From: an uncultured Alphaproteobacteria bacterium
Lineage (GTDB): Bacteria; Pseudomonadota; Alphaproteobacteria; Rhizobiales; Beijerinckiaceae
DNA length: 64,000 nucleotides
Reading direction: 5' to 3'
Assembly (NCBI GenBank): GCA_963753135.1
Contig: CAVWBA010000021.1
Location: 12,166 to 76,165 of the forward strand
The notes below the pieces were generated by a model. It worked only from the letters and a program-made list of their open reading frames with translations, did not search any database and was not told the origin of the DNA. This document shows positions 63,201 through 64,000 of the stretch, piece after piece. Position 1 is the stretch's first letter. The number at the start of each line of letters is the position of its first letter. A program made the translations under genes and the position numbers.

Positions 63201-63563
63201 CTACAGCGTGATCGGCAGGTCCAGCTCCACCCGGTCGTGCATTACCTTGGGCGTGATGCGGCCGCGCTCGCCGCGTTCGAGGCGGACCAGGCCATAGCCT
63301 TCCATTGTTCGCAGCGTGCGCGACAGGTTTGACTTGGCCTTGCCGGTGATGCGCGCCAGCTCGTCGAGCGAGCCGGGCGCCTTCTCCGCGATGACGCGCA
63401 GCAGCTCGCGGTTGCCGGCCGAGAGTACCTTGGCAAAGGACTCGGTCGAAGTGAACCAGACTTTCGGCTCGTCGGAAGAGATGCGACGCTCGCGGCGCGC
63501 CACAGCCATGGTGCGGGCCTTCATCTCCTCATAGCTGGCGATGCCGATCTTCAAGGTGGTCAT
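63201..63563 (-). CDS. HVO_A0114-like winged-HTH regulator/antitoxin
   Basis: LKIGIAS, WFTSTESFAKVLS, SLDELARITGKAKSNLSRTL. Confidence 0.8.
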   Translation of the reverse strand: MTTLKIGIASYEEMKARTMAVARRERRISSDEPKVWFTSTESFAKVLSAGNRELLRVIAEKAPGSLDELARITGKAKSNLSRTLRTMEGYGLVRLERGERGRITPKVMHDRVELDLPITL

Positions 63564-63628
63564 GGGATCACTCCTCTCTCCCGTAGCACGGCGTCCACAA
63601 TCTCCCAGAAGTCGGTGAGCAGGGTCGC
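63560..63628 (-). pseudogene. C-terminal remnant of a DUF6516-like toxin
   Basis: ATLLTDFWEIVDAVLRERGVIP* with an ATGA overlap into the HTH gene. Confidence 0.6.
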
Positions 63629-63639
63629 TTCGCTTAGCG

Positions 63640-64000
63640 TCAGATGCTGATGAGCCCTTTGCAGATCGCGAGAGTGATCACTCCGAGGTGCGTTTGTTCA
63701 GCGAATTCGCCCGAAAGGATTGACGCGCGAAGTTCGGCCGGCGAAGCCGAGCTAACAGCGACACCGGGTTCCTCCACAAAATGCTGCACGCGCTCGCCCG
63801 CTTCAATGAAGAACGAATACGTAGAGTTATCGATTCGGCTTGAACAGGTCGCGGTCTTCCCGATTAGCACAATCGAGCGAATGGAGTACCCGGTTTCCTC
63901 CAGTAACTCCCGCTTCATCGCGTCCGCCGGTTCTTCGTTCTTTTCAAGTAAGCCCGCAGGCAACTCAAGGGAGAAACGTTCGATTGCCGGTCGATATTGG
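63640..64000 (-). CDS. NUDIX hydrolase (5' end outside the window)
   Basis: YRPAIERFSLELPAG; Nudix box GLLEKNEEPADAMKRELLEETGY. Confidence 0.9.
   Translation of the reverse strand, partial: QYRPAIERFSLELPAGLLEKNEEPADAMKRELLEETGYSIRSIVLIGKTATCSSRIDNSTYSFFIEAGERVQHFVEEPGVAVSSASPAELRASILSGEFAEQTHLGVITLAICKGLISI

Overview
GC-rich alphaproteobacterial chromosome segment (Hyphomicrobiales-like gene content, inferred). The core backbone is secA (3' part), prmC, gyrB, urease ureD-ureAB-ureC, preTA, a P1B-type ATPase, DUF1013, tsaD and hemD-COG4223-hemY, with many small accessory insertions. The best candidate for an undescribed system is an AT-rich 2.4-kb two-gene cassette at 10534-12926. It encodes a divergent RelA/SpoT-type small alarmone synthetase-like nucleotidyltransferase coupled to a DUF262 (GmrSD/ParB-like) protein that lacks the HNH motif and is split by one in-frame TGA. 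The cassette sits between ureC and a decapitated antitoxin next to parDE. Other notable items: a vapBC module inside the urease operon; an unusual large-partner + PIN gene pair where hemC normally lies; a His-to-Tyr pseudokinase bracketed by a duplicated DUF1013 3' end; and a polyol/triose ABC + DhaKLM + private PTS cluster beside a tRNA-His 3'-half att site whose tyrosine integrase is split by IS66. About ten single-base frameshifts in otherwise intact genes suggest unpolished long-read errors, so pseudogene calls are tentative. No CRISPR array, rRNA or complete tRNA was seen. Family assignments come from motif recognition by eye; no database searches were run.
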